DNA from: Thermodesulfobacteriota bacterium
GTDB taxonomy: Bacteria > Desulfobacterota_D > UBA1144 > Nemesobacterales > UBA2774
Direction of reading: 5' to 3'
Assembly (NCBI GenBank): GCA_963422265.1
Contig: OY729416.1
Location: 1,536,001-1,600,000 of the forward strand
Length of the DNA stretch: 64,000 bases
Made by a program: the position numbers and the translations under genes. Position 1 is the first letter of the stretch. Each line of letters begins with the position of its first letter. Of the stretch, positions 36,044 through 47,394 are shown one piece after another. Below the pieces are notes generated by a model. The model saw only the letters and a program-made list of their open reading frames with translations, was not told where the DNA came from and did not search any database.

Positions 36044-37045
36044 ATGAAAAAGACTATTCAAGATTGGGTTCACGTTCCCGGTATTCATTGTGGTTCCGTG
36101 ACGTTGCGCGACGTTATGACCTATTATGGCTACAACTGGTCTGAGCCTATGTGCTTTGGTATCGGTGGCGGGCTTGGCTTCTATTATACGAATAGGGATG
36201 ACATCAGTCCGACGCGCATGATATTCGTAAGGGGACCTAATATGGAAACCTCTTTTTTCGATAACCTGGGAATACCAACCGAATGGAAGCATGCTGATCA
36301 GAACGTCATAGATATTATTAGGGCATGTATAGACAGGGACATCCCCGTCATCATACAAACGGATATTTACTATCTAGCGTATTATAATTCTCTTACGCAC
36401 TTTCCGGGACACGTTGTATCCGTATGGGGCTATGATGATGAGAAAGAGACCGTGCTCTTAGCTGACACGCAGTTCGCTGGATTGAAGGCAGTCGATTATA
36501 CGAGTTTGAAGAGCAGTATGGCGTCTAAAGATCCTTCCAACCCTTTGGATAATAACTTCATTGAGGTGAAAGTAGGAACTCATCCGATAGGACAGCTATC
36601 AGAAATCATTCCACAAGCCATCAGACGTAACGCTCGTAGAATGATTGAGGGTGCGGTAGGAAAGAGGGGTGAGTCAGGCGTAAGGATGATTAAGGTCATG
36701 TCTGAGGACATAACTAGCTGGATAGATCTGCCCGATTGGAAATGGTCGGCAAGATTCGGCTATCAGGTTATAAAAAAGAGAGGGGTTGGCGGGGCTGGAT
36801 TCAGATGGATATACAGAGACTTTCTCAGGGAAGCAGAGAACATAGTTCCCTTGTTAAAGCAATTGAGGCTCTCAGAAAAGATGGACGCCATAGGGAGTAA
36901 ATGGAGTAGCTTAGCTCTGCTTCTCAAGAGAATTAGCGAAGGGGACGCCCCCGATGGTAGTCTTCTGTGCAAAGCCTCTAAGGATGCATACGAGCTGTGG
37001 GAGCTTGAGAGTGAATTTTACGCAACCGTGATTGAGAAGGTGTAG
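36044..37045 (+). CDS. BtrH_N/DUF4872 papain-like domain protein
   Basis: HCGS..SEPMCFGIGGGLGFYY, DIYYLAYY..HFPGH..WGYD. Confidence 0.82.
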   Translation: MKKTIQDWVHVPGIHCGSVTLRDVMTYYGYNWSEPMCFGIGGGLGFYYTNRDDISPTRMIFVRGPNMETSFFDNLGIPTEWKHADQNVIDIIRACIDRDIPVIIQTDIYYLAYYNSLTHFPGHVVSVWGYDDEKETVLLADTQFAGLKAVDYTSLKSSMASKDPSNPLDNNFIEVKVGTHPIGQLSEIIPQAIRRNARRMIEGAVGKRGESGVRMIKVMSEDITSWIDLPDWKWSARFGYQVIKKRGVGGAGFRWIYRDFLREAENIVPLLKQLRLSEKMDAIGSKWSSLALLLKRISEGDAPDGSLLCKASKDAYELWELESEFYATVIEKV

Positions 37046-37125
37046 GCGGGGAAATTGGGAGCACCTGCACTTCGACAAGTTTAGGATGTAGTTTCAGTAG
37101 TAGGCTATTAATAACTGAAGAGATG

Positions 37126-37163
37126 AAAAAAAGCGGGTAATTCTCCGAGAGAAAACCCGCTTT
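37126..37163 (-). terminator. intrinsic terminator of groESL, possibly bidirectional
   Basis: Minus strand AAAGCGGGT..TTCTC-loop-GAGAA..ACCCGCTTTTTTT. Confidence 0.85.
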
Positions 37164-37203
37164 CTAATTGCCTTAGTTTTTACGTTTGTGTTTTATCTGA
37201 AGG

Positions 37204-38883
<1,680 letters not shown>

Positions 38884-38926
38884 CTAAATGTCTTTTGCTT
38901 GATGTATCCCCATCCCCACTAACCCC

Positions 38927-39214
38927 CTACTCAATTACCGCTAATATCTCCTCTTCCCTTATTATCAAATACTCCTCCCCCTCTATGCTTATCTCCGTCC
39001 CACCATACTTGCTAAACAAAATCCTGTCGCCCTCCTTAACGTCAAGAGCCCTTACTCCACCCTCAGACGTTATCGCTCCTTTCCCCACTGCTACTACTGC
39101 ACCCTCCTGCGGCTTCTCAGATGCCGTGTCAGGAACTATTATACCACCCTTCGTCTTCTCAGGCGCATCTATACGCTTTACCAATACCTTGTCCTGTAGA
39201 GGCCTTACCTTCAT
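38927..39214 (-). CDS. groES: co-chaperonin GroES
   Basis: [33 protein letters not shown]. Confidence 0.97.
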   Translation of the reverse strand: MKVRPLQDKVLVKRIDAPEKTKGGIIVPDTASEKPQEGAVVAVGKGAITSEGGVRALDVKEGDRILFSKYGGTEISIEGEEYLIIREEEILAVIE

Positions 39215-39308
39215 TGCTAACTTCCTCCTTGAATATATAAATTTAGGTGAATTACTATTGGATTGTAGAGTGAGCTTTTCACTTCATGCTCTACTCAATA
39301 TACTAAAA

Positions 39309-39333
39309 TAATCATAAACTAAGCTTTGTCAAG
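39309..39333 (-). promoter_or_regulatory. putative groESL promoter CTTGA-N13-ATGATTA (also reads TTGACA-N16-TATTTT)
   Basis: Motif shared with the Hsp20 upstream region. Confidence 0.55.
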
Positions 39334-39595
39334 CATAGCTACTTTGCGCTATAATCATGAGTATTTGAAGAAGAAACTACCTGCAGGTTATATTATGTCC
39401 AGAGATGATCATTTAATCAACGATAAGCTAAGCAGGTCTAATTATGTTCCCAAGCGCTTGTTTATTAAAACGCTTGGAAGTGGATCCTATTGGAGGTTGC
39501 TTAATATCCCTAATGATGAAATAATTAAAAGGGAGGTATTAAGGTATTAAGGCCTTAACTCAGTTCACTTCTCCTAAGGAAAACGAATACCAACT

Positions 39596-40222
39596 TTGAC
39601 TGAAGTAATAAAGCCCAACGATCCGGAGTCTTGTAAATACGCGGCGTCAATCCTCAAGAGTGGAGGAGTAATTATATATCCAACCGAAACGCTCTACGGT
39701 ATAGGGGCGCTCGCTACTAATGAACGTAGTGTGAAGAGCATATTTGAGATAAAGGGACGTCCGTATGGAAAGCCTTTCCCATTGTTAGTCAAAGATAAAA
39801 ATATGCTCGCGGATACAGCGGAACTCAACCAAACAGCCTCTTTGCTTGTGGATGCCTTTTTACCCGGTGCACTCACGCTCATTCTTAAAGACAAAAGCAA
39901 CTTGCCTAAGTTAACTGCATCTGACGCGGGAAAGATAGCGGTCAGAATATCAAATCACTTGTTTGTAAGGGGCTTATTTGAACACATCTCAGACCCTATA
40001 GTCTCGACCAGCGCAAACGCGAGCGGTGGTGATAACTTGCTCGACTTTGAAGAAATCTATCGGTTGTTTAATGGTAAAGTTGACCTTATAGTAAATTCTG
40101 ATAAGATTTCGCCCTCTAAAGGTTCCACTATCGTTGACGTGACGGTGATTCCCCCGGTTATCATAAGAAAAGGGGACATAAGCAGAGAGAAAATAGAAAA
40201 AAAGATAAAGGGGTTCATTTGA
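39596..40222 (+). CDS. tsaC: L-threonylcarbamoyladenylate synthase (YrdC/Sua5)
   Basis: YPTETLYGIG, KGRP, PGALT, STSANASG. Confidence 0.93.
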   Translation: MTEVIKPNDPESCKYAASILKSGGVIIYPTETLYGIGALATNERSVKSIFEIKGRPYGKPFPLLVKDKNMLADTAELNQTASLLVDAFLPGALTLILKDKSNLPKLTASDAGKIAVRISNHLFVRGLFEHISDPIVSTSANASGGDNLLDFEEIYRLFNGKVDLIVNSDKISPSKGSTIVDVTVIPPVIIRKGDISREKIEKKIKGFI

Positions 40223-41451
40223 TGGCTACCGTAAGGGGCTTTAAGAGCGTTAGATACAATCCAGAAAAGATTGAAGATTTTGGTAACGTGCTCGCTCCGC
40301 CTTACGACGTAATTAATTCAAAAGAACAAGATGAGCTCTATGCAAAGGATCCCAATAACGTCATCCGTCTTATCCTTTCAAAAGGGGAAGGTGACGTGAA
40401 ATATGAAGGAGCGTCCGCAACTTTCCAGCATTGGCTAAGTGAGGGCATACTTTTGCAAGATAAGGAACCAAGCATATATCCCTATTACCAAGAATTTGAA
40501 TGGGAAGGCAAAAAGCTCACGAGAAGAGGATTCATAGCAGCGGTTAAGCTTGAGGACTTTTCCACAAAAGTAATACTCCCACACGAAAGGACATTTCAAG
40601 AGCATAAACGAGACAGGCTAAAACTCATCACTGCTTGCAATGCTAATATGAGCCCGATCTTCTGCGTATATTCCGATCCTGAAGGAGCAATCGAGCAGGC
40701 AATCTCCGAAAAAACTAAAGAAGCCCCAATTTTCAATGTTTCGATCCAAGATGGGGTAAGAAATAAGCTCTGGAAAATTTCTGATCCAGAAATTCTTTCA
40801 CTAATTAGCGCGCGCATGCCTGACAAAAGCCTTTTAATAGCTGATGGCCACCATAGATACGAGACGGCGCTTGAATATAGGGACATGCAGATGAAAAACA
40901 ACGGGGCAGGATCGTGTGAGAACAAGCCATACGAATACGTTATGACGTTTCTCTCGCGCGGCGAGGACGAAGGGCTGATTATTAATCCTACGCACAGAGC
41001 TGTTAAGTCTTTAGCCTCGCTAGACAGAGAGTCTTTTCTGGAGCATTTAGGTAAGGACTTTGAGCTAGCGAAACTGCCACTAAACGAAGGAATATCAAAT
41101 ATTGGATACGGACAATTTACTATTGTTACAAAAGATAGGGAATTTGCTTACAGGGCCTCCCTAAAGAATGCCACTCACGATTCATCAGATAATCTTGGGG
41201 TTACGCTGCTTCATAATAAGGTTCTAAGTGAAATAATTGAAGAGGAAGAAGCTGGAATTTTATATACCAAATCTATTAGCGAGGCGTTAGAACTTGTTCA
41301 GTACGGGAAATATGAACTTGGCTTTATCCTTCCAGAACTGAGGGCAAGCGATATCTTCAAAGTCGTTGCGTCAGGTAGAAGGATGCCTCACAAAACCACC
41401 TACTTCTATCCCAAAATACTTTCAGGTCTCGTCTTTAACCCACTATGGTAG
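40219..41451 (+). CDS. DUF1015 family protein
   Basis: APPYDVI, ILPHERT, IADGHHRYETA, MPHKTTYFYPK. Confidence 0.9.
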   Translation: MMATVRGFKSVRYNPEKIEDFGNVLAPPYDVINSKEQDELYAKDPNNVIRLILSKGEGDVKYEGASATFQHWLSEGILLQDKEPSIYPYYQEFEWEGKKLTRRGFIAAVKLEDFSTKVILPHERTFQEHKRDRLKLITACNANMSPIFCVYSDPEGAIEQAISEKTKEAPIFNVSIQDGVRNKLWKISDPEILSLISARMPDKSLLIADGHHRYETALEYRDMQMKNNGAGSCENKPYEYVMTFLSRGEDEGLIINPTHRAVKSLASLDRESFLEHLGKDFELAKLPLNEGISNIGYGQFTIVTKDREFAYRASLKNATHDSSDNLGVTLLHNKVLSEIIEEEEAGILYTKSISEALELVQYGKYELGFILPELRASDIFKVVASGRRMPHKTTYFYPKILSGLVFNPLW

Positions 41452-41458
41452 GGTGGTA

Positions 41459-42100
41459 TTATCCATTTGTTATACGCCGTATCTCGCTTGTCTTTCCTGG
41501 TCTCGGTACCCGATAGATAGACGGGGTATAATTTGTTATTATAGCTTCCACCATAGGATTACGGTTTTTTTCACTTGCACCAACGTGATAATGATGCTCA
41601 TAGGTTAAGATATTAAACTCACTCCAAAGTGATCTGACGTATTTGTTCTCTCTAAATTGTTATGATGCCAAGTAGATAGAATGAATTTCGTAGATAGAAT
41701 GAATTTCCCCGATACTTTTGATAGTCCCTGCCCGATACTTTTGATAGTCCCTGCCCGATACTTTTGATAGTCCCTGATAGAGAGCTTTCTCACTATCTCC
41801 ATCCCAACCGTTATAATAATCTACGTGCCTATCAATGTAAGGTGGGTTACAATAAATAATCTCCTTCAATTCACCTTCAGCTATTGTTTTTTAAACACCT
41901 GATACTTAAAAGTAAAGTCTTTAACCTTAAATAAGTAACTTACGTATGACACATGATTCACAATTTTAGTCACATACGCTTGCACAAACCTTCGTGGTTT
42001 GCGGCAAAAAGGCGTATTAAACTGCCCTTTGCCGTTAAACCTAATCATCCCGTTGAAACCAGCTCTGTTAAGAAATAAGAAATCTATAGTAGTTTTATTA
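41459..42100 (-). pseudogene. fragmented Dam-family N6-adenine methyltransferase, M.EcoRV-like
   Basis: Across frameshifts and stops: [98 protein letters not shown]-terminus missing. Confidence 0.85.
41672..41776. repeat. tandem duplications in the MTase pseudogene
   Basis: 2 x GTAGATAGAATGAATTTC (41672-41707) then 3 x CCCGATACTTTTGATAGTCCCTG (41708-41776). Confidence 0.95.
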
Positions 42101-42500
42101 TAATTCATCCAGTAACCATCGAACCAAGATTGGAAAACATGCCGTTTCCATTGAGGGTGTGCTGTATATTATTGATACTACCGATATTAGCTGTATTCCT
42201 GCTGCCGCTCTTATCACTAGCTATCCGCCACTTTTCCGTGACAAAGAACAGAAAATCTCTTACGACGGAGACAATAGACTGAAGCTTCTTAACATTATAG
42301 CTTTTTGTTTCGTCGTTTTTTGGTACGTCTGTTCAGTTATAGATAGTACCCAAGCAAAGGTGCCCAGAGTAAGAACCGTATGGAAACTGCATATTTTTTG
42401 TACTTGCCCGATCTTCAAAATATTTGCCGTGTGAGCCTAGCGTAAAGCCATTACAAAGATGTGGTTTTGATTTGTTTCTATCGAAATCTTTGAGTTGCGC
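42100..42500 (-). pseudogene. remnant of an EcoRV-family type II restriction endonuclease
   Basis: Minus strand gives GFTLGSHGKYF..STKNMQFPY..LGTIYN*..EKWRIASDKSGSRNTANIGSI..GMF, then a frameshift to FDGYWMNY; similar to the EcoRV C-terminal half. Confidence 0.8.
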
Positions 42501-42533
42501 TTCAAATTCTTCTTTTGCTGTTATTTACCTATC

Positions 42534-44807
42534 TTAGTTTAAATACCCAGCGATGATCTTCTTAATACCATAACCTGGGAAAAAGACCGAAACTTTGGTC
42601 ATGTATCCCGTTCCTTCCACTTTCTCCACAATCCCTTGACCAAATTTTGCATGGCTCGCCTTTTGTCCTACCTTATACTTGACGTTCTTATCAGCGTTTG
42701 CGCCGCCATGTGGTTTCTTCGGTCTATTAAGTTCTCCTTTGTCTACATCCCTAAGTTCCATCGGGGATTGGGGGCTATCTTCACGTTTGCTGCCCCTATT
42801 AAGCACCTCCCATTTAAGAGCTTGCGCCGGAAGCTCGCTTATAAACCTCGAAGGCTTAGCCCTTTGCTCAGTCCCAAACACGCTCCTGCGCGATGAAGAA
42901 CTTAGATATAACTTGTCCATGGCGCGAGTGAGTCCGACGTATAACAATCTTCTTTCTTCCTCTACGTTACCGTCTTTAGTTGAATTAATATGGGGTAAAA
43001 GTTTTTCTTCAAGTCCAACGATAAAAACGACTGGGAATTCAAGTCCCTTCGCTTTGTGAAGAGTCATAAGAGCGACTCGGTCAGTCTCTTCGTCGTCAGC
43101 AGCCTCAAAGTCGCTTGCAAGGGATATCCATGCAAGAAAATCGTGAATATTTGTCCCTTCCCCGCTCAGAGTTGGGGACATGCCTTCTTCTTTCTCAAAT
43201 TCCGCGATGATATTTAACATCTCCCCTACGTTTTGCCTTCTATCTTCCTCTTTCTCAAGAATCTCGTCGTATCCCGTTTCCCGCAAAAGGTAATTGACAA
43301 ACTCACCTATTCCTTGCTTCTTTGAGAAACTGATGAGCGCGTTTATTAGATCATAAAAGCCTTTGACCCTCTTTAGTGGCAGTCCCGGTAAAAGCCCTTC
43401 ATTAATCGCCACCCTTATCGCATCAAAGAGAGACGTGTCATTTTTCTTGGCGATCTCGCCCAACATATAAGTAGTAGCTTTCCCAATTCCACGAGGAGGC
43501 ATGTTGATAATCCGTTTAAGGCTAATGTCATCTAACGGGTTTGCTATTATCTTGAGATAAGCCATTAAGTCTTTTATTTCGGATCGTTGATAAAACCCTA
43601 CTCCGCCCACCATTACGTATGGAATTCCGCTACGTGAAAGCTCTGCCTCAATCAATCTCGATTGGTTGTTTGTTCTAAAAAGCACCGCCACTTCGTTGTA
43701 TGAGTATTTCGAACGTGTCCCCAACTCTGATCGGGACTCGGTCTGCGGAGAGAGCAGCCGATCTGGCTCCTCGGTAGGGCTCGAGAACGCGCTTATCAGC
43801 CGAATCTGAGACGACACGTATTCGGCTTCATCTTTCTCGTCACGCGCCACATAATAACTTATTAAATCTCCCCCGACCCTTTCCGTCCAGAGCTCCTTTT
43901 CACTCCTGTTCCTATTCTTACATATCAGCTCATTCGCAGCGTTTAGTATGGTTTCCGTTGACCTGTAATTCTTCTCGAGCTTGACCGTTTTGGCGTCTGA
44001 AAAGTCTTTCTCAAAGTTGAGTATGTTTTGCAAGTCCGCCCCCCTCCAACCATATATTGACTGATTGTCGTCTCCTACGATAAACAGGTTCCTATGCTTT
44101 CTTGAAAGAATCTCAATTATTTTATACTGCACGTGATTCGTATCCTGATACTCATCAACTAAAATATGATGAAACTGCTCTTGATAGCTCTCAAGTATCT
44201 CTGGCTTTTCTAAAAAGAGCTTAACCGTGAGGCTAAGCAGGTCTCCAAAGTCTAGGGCGTTTGATTTTCTCATCTCTTTTTCATAGAGATCATATATTCT
44301 TGAAACCCTTTCATAATAGATATCTGATACGAACTCTTCCAGATCAAGCCCTCTGCTTTTAGCGCCATTTATATAGGACCTTGCAGACTTTGGCTCAAGA
44401 GAATTTTCTCCTATATTGAGGTCCGTCATGCACTGCTTAATTAACCTAATTTGATCGCTTTCATCGTAGATCACGAAATCTCGTCTGAATCCCTCCAGAT
44501 TACTTATGTCTTTTTTTAAGATTCTGAGGCATATAGCATGAAAAGTTCCTATCCACAGATGTTTGGATTGGTTTGATAAAAGTTGGTCGATACGCCCCTT
44601 CATTTCATTAGCGGCTTTATTTGTGAACGTAACGGCTAGGATGTTACGCGTCTTTACCTTTCGCTCACCTATAAGTAGCGCTATGCGCTCGGTGATAATT
44701 CTTGTTTTGCCTGATCCTGCCCCTGCCAGAACGAGAAGGGGTCCACCAGTGTGGTTAACGGCTTCCGACTGAGAGCTATTTAGATTGCTTTGAGGTTTAG
44801 ACAACAT
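42534..44807 (-). CDS. pcrA: UvrD/PcrA superfamily I helicase
   Basis: AGAGSGKT, VDEYQD, GDDNQSIYGWRGA, NYRST, TLHKAKGLEF, EERRLLYVGLTRA. Confidence 0.93.
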   Translation of the reverse strand: MLSKPQSNLNSSQSEAVNHTGGPLLVLAGAGSGKTRIITERIALLIGERKVKTRNILAVTFTNKAANEMKGRIDQLLSNQSKHLWIGTFHAICLRILKKDISNLEGFRRDFVIYDESDQIRLIKQCMTDLNIGENSLEPKSARSYINGAKSRGLDLEEFVSDIYYERVSRIYDLYEKEMRKSNALDFGDLLSLTVKLFLEKPEILESYQEQFHHILVDEYQDTNHVQYKIIEILSRKHRNLFIVGDDNQSIYGWRGADLQNILNFEKDFSDAKTVKLEKNYRSTETILNAANELICKNRNRSEKELWTERVGGDLISYYVARDEKDEAEYVSSQIRLISAFSSPTEEPDRLLSPQTESRSELGTRSKYSYNEVAVLFRTNNQSRLIEAELSRSGIPYVMVGGVGFYQRSEIKDLMAYLKIIANPLDDISLKRIINMPPRGIGKATTYMLGEIAKKNDTSLFDAIRVAINEGLLPGLPLKRVKGFYDLINALISFSKKQGIGEFVNYLLRETGYDEILEKEEDRRQNVGEMLNIIAEFEKEEGMSPTLSGEGTNIHDFLAWISLASDFEAADDEETDRVALMTLHKAKGLEFPVVFIVGLEEKLLPHINSTKDGNVEEERRLLYVGLTRAMDKLYLSSSSRRSVFGTEQRAKPSRFISELPAQALKWEVLNRGSKREDSPQSPMELRDVDKGELNRPKKPHGGANADKNVKYKVGQKASHAKFGQGIVEKVEGTGYMTKVSVFFPGYGIKKIIAGYLN

Positions 44808-44959
44808 CTGAGCAGCTTTAAGTTAATTCCTCTAATCTCTTAAGAAGGGAACAAGAAACGCAATAAGTTGTGAAAAACCTATACGCGCTACTGCAAAAAA
44901 CAAGATTTAGCCTAAAGCTAATAATTGATTTTAAGCAGGATTTAGTTTATTACTTGTCT

Positions 44960-45736
44960 ATGGCTACGAGTACTCTTATTTCTTACGAGCCTTTAGATAA
45001 TCTTAGGGGAAAAGCCTATTATTGGAAGGAATACGTGAACTTTTACGAAATGTATTGGGGCGGGCCTACCTCGCCTTTCGGCGTGTGGTTCGGTAATGAG
45101 TACAAAGCCTTTAGAGAGTCTTTAGCCTCAAACTTAGAAATGGATGAGCGGGAGATAGAAGACTGTTTCTTTATGAAAGATGAAGATGGAAAGCATTACG
45201 TCGCTCCAATCAATTCTAGGGCTAATCTGCTATTTTCTAAAAATACAATTCCACTTCACTGGTTCGTCTTGTTCAACAAGGAAGATAGGAAGATTTTATA
45301 TACGCATTGGGGTTTTAACGCTATTCACTACGACGCGAGGATTGGAACTGCCATTGATAGGGTTAAAGAAGCGATGGGCATACTGCAAAAGCTTAATGAA
45401 AATAACTATAAAGATTCTACCTTATCTAAGCATGGCGGGAGTATAAATGAAATTTTAAAAGGGTTGAATACGCTCAAAGACTGGCTTTGGGGTTTTGATC
45501 GTTCTGGATTTATAGTATTAAACTATGGAGAAGTCTGCTCGCTCATTCATCCTTCCACTCTTAAAAACGAGCGATCTGTAGAAGAGATTTGGAACGTTAT
45601 CCGATTCATTGAAAGAGGATATTTTAATGAGGCTAGCTCCTCTCTCATAGTCTTAATGCAAAAATGGGAAGAAATTAAGAGTAAGGCGGCGAGGGGGGGC
45701 GTAATGGAAGAAGACACCTCTCTACTGCTTAGTTAA
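44960..45736 (+). CDS. hypothetical protein, apparently cotranscribed with nth
   Basis: 258 aa from ATG 44960; IPLHWFVLF, LNYGEV; stop 2 nt before nth. Confidence 0.7.
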   Translation: MATSTLISYEPLDNLRGKAYYWKEYVNFYEMYWGGPTSPFGVWFGNEYKAFRESLASNLEMDEREIEDCFFMKDEDGKHYVAPINSRANLLFSKNTIPLHWFVLFNKEDRKILYTHWGFNAIHYDARIGTAIDRVKEAMGILQKLNENNYKDSTLSKHGGSINEILKGLNTLKDWLWGFDRSGFIVLNYGEVCSLIHPSTLKNERSVEEIWNVIRFIERGYFNEASSSLIVLMQKWEEIKSKAARGGVMEEDTSLLLS

Positions 45737-45738
45737 AC

Positions 45739-46395
45739 ATGGAAACGAATGATATTCGCCTAGCGTTAAAAACTCTTAAAAAAGAGGGCCGCAATTGGGA
45801 CGTGCCAATTGTTACACTAGAAGCTGAGACTTCACGAGATCCTTTCAGGGTTCTTATTTCAACTGTTCTGAGTCTTCGCACTAAGGACGAGACTACGGCT
45901 GTAGCTTCTAGATCGTTGTTTAAGCTCGCCGATAGTCCCTCAGACATGGTCAAGCTAAGTGAGAAGGAGATTATTAAAGTGATTTATCCAGTCGGTTTTT
46001 ACAGAACCAAGGCGAAGAGGATCCGCGAGATTTGCCGCGACTTAATAGATAAGCACGCCTCTAAGGTTCCCGATGACCTAGATGAGCTTCTAAAACTAAA
46101 AGGGGTCGGTAGAAAAACTGCGAACCTTGTTATCACGCTAGGTTACAACAAACTCGGGATTTGCGTTGATACACACGTTCACAGAATCTCAAACCGTTTC
46201 GGTTATATAAAAACCAAAACCCCAGAGGAAACGGAAATTACTCTTAGAAGCAAGCTCCCAGAAGAATACTGGATTGATTACAACAGTCTTCTCGTAGCGT
46301 TAGGACAAAGTCTGTGCCGACCGCTTTCTCCTAAATGCTCAGTGTGCCCAGTTGAAAAATACTGTGGAAGGATCGGAGTGCTTAAGAGCAGATAA
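45739..46395 (+). CDS. nth: endonuclease III
   Basis: LKGVGRKTANLV HhH, VDTHVHR, C-x6-C-x2-C-x5-C cluster motif. Confidence 0.95.
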   Translation: METNDIRLALKTLKKEGRNWDVPIVTLEAETSRDPFRVLISTVLSLRTKDETTAVASRSLFKLADSPSDMVKLSEKEIIKVIYPVGFYRTKAKRIREICRDLIDKHASKVPDDLDELLKLKGVGRKTANLVITLGYNKLGICVDTHVHRISNRFGYIKTKTPEETEITLRSKLPEEYWIDYNSLLVALGQSLCRPLSPKCSVCPVEKYCGRIGVLKSR

Positions 46396-46559
46396 TGAAA
46401 CAGCCATATTCAACAAACCCTCACATTATCAAAACCCGCTTCAACGCAAGTTATTGACTATCTTTCCACAGCAAATATACTTCAACTATCTTATTCTATA
46501 AATACAATTCCAAATTAAACTGAAATAATTAAGCATAAACCCTTAGGGGGTAAAGAACT

Positions 46560-47078
46560 TTGGAAACGGTTATGTTCTATATCTTCGCAATTCTAGCCGT
46601 AGCAGGCGCGCTTTTGGTCATATCGCATGGAAACCCTGTTACAAGCGCCGTTTCACTAGTTCTTACACTATTCGCGACTGCAGTTCTGTTTGTTCTCCTG
46701 TCAGCTCATTTCGTCGCTGCCGTGCAGATACTAGTATATGCTGGCGCTATAATGATACTGTTCTTGTTTACCGTGATGTTCTTGAACCTGAGACCCGAAG
46801 CCCTTAAGTTTGACTCAAAGAATATGCCTTTTAAGGTAAGCATCTTGCTCATAGCGCTTTTATTCATAGGTTATTTAGCCAGTCTCGGATTCAGCAAGGG
46901 TCTTGCCGAACCCGCTCTACGAGGAGACGATGGAACGAAAATCGGAGACTTTGGCACAGTTCAGTCCGTAGGCACGTCTCTGTTTACACAACACCTACTA
47001 CCTTTCGAGCTTACGTCGGTATTGATCGCCGTTGCCATTGTAGGTGTAATTGCTATAGCCAAGAGGAGTGAGGGCTAA
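46560..47078 (+). CDS. nuoJ: NADH-quinone oxidoreductase subunit J
   Basis: QILVYAGAIMILFLF, LPFELTSVLI. Confidence 0.93.
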   Translation: METVMFYIFAILAVAGALLVISHGNPVTSAVSLVLTLFATAVLFVLLSAHFVAAVQILVYAGAIMILFLFTVMFLNLRPEALKFDSKNMPFKVSILLIALLFIGYLASLGFSKGLAEPALRGDDGTKIGDFGTVQSVGTSLFTQHLLPFELTSVLIAVAIVGVIAIAKRSEG

Positions 47079-47388
47079 AGAGTTGGGCGTCTCTATAGAA
47101 CATTACCTAGTGCTGAGCTCTATCCTTTTCGTAATCGGGGCTTACGGAGTCATAGCAAGAAAGAATTTGCTCATCGTGCTTATGTCCCTTGAAATTATGC
47201 TTAACTCCGCAAACCTGGCTTTCGTTGCGTTCTCAAGGGCTCTCGATGACGTTACTGGCCACGTATTTATGATTATGTCTCTTACCGTCGCGGCGGCAGA
47301 AGTCGCCGTGGGGCTTGCTCTAATAGTATCCATCTATTCTCATAGGGAAAGTTTGAATATAGACCTGCTAAAACTGCTTAAAGGCTAA
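47068..47388 (+). CDS. nuoK: NADH-quinone oxidoreductase subunit K
   Basis: LMSLEIMLN, AAAEVAVGLAL. Confidence 0.94.
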   Translation: MRAKELGVSIEHYLVLSSILFVIGAYGVIARKNLLIVLMSLEIMLNSANLAFVAFSRALDDVTGHVFMIMSLTVAAAEVAVGLALIVSIYSHRESLNIDLLKLLKG

Positions 47389-47394
47389 TTAAAA

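Noticed and set aside
39240-39300. CIRCE or HAIR operator upstream of groES
   Set aside because: Only an imperfect GTAGAG...CTCTAC inverted repeat; it matches neither TTAGCACTC-N9-GAGTGCTAA nor CTTGAGT-N7-ACTCAAG.
39326-39550. 74-aa ORF between groES and tsaC
   Set aside because: TTG start, no RBS, overlaps the groES promoter, no motif.
41708-41776. CRISPR-like 23-bp repeats
   Set aside because: Head-to-tail with no spacers; derived from methyltransferase coding sequence.
42159-42434. 91-aa plus-strand ORF
   Set aside because: Antisense to the EcoRV-like endonuclease remnant.
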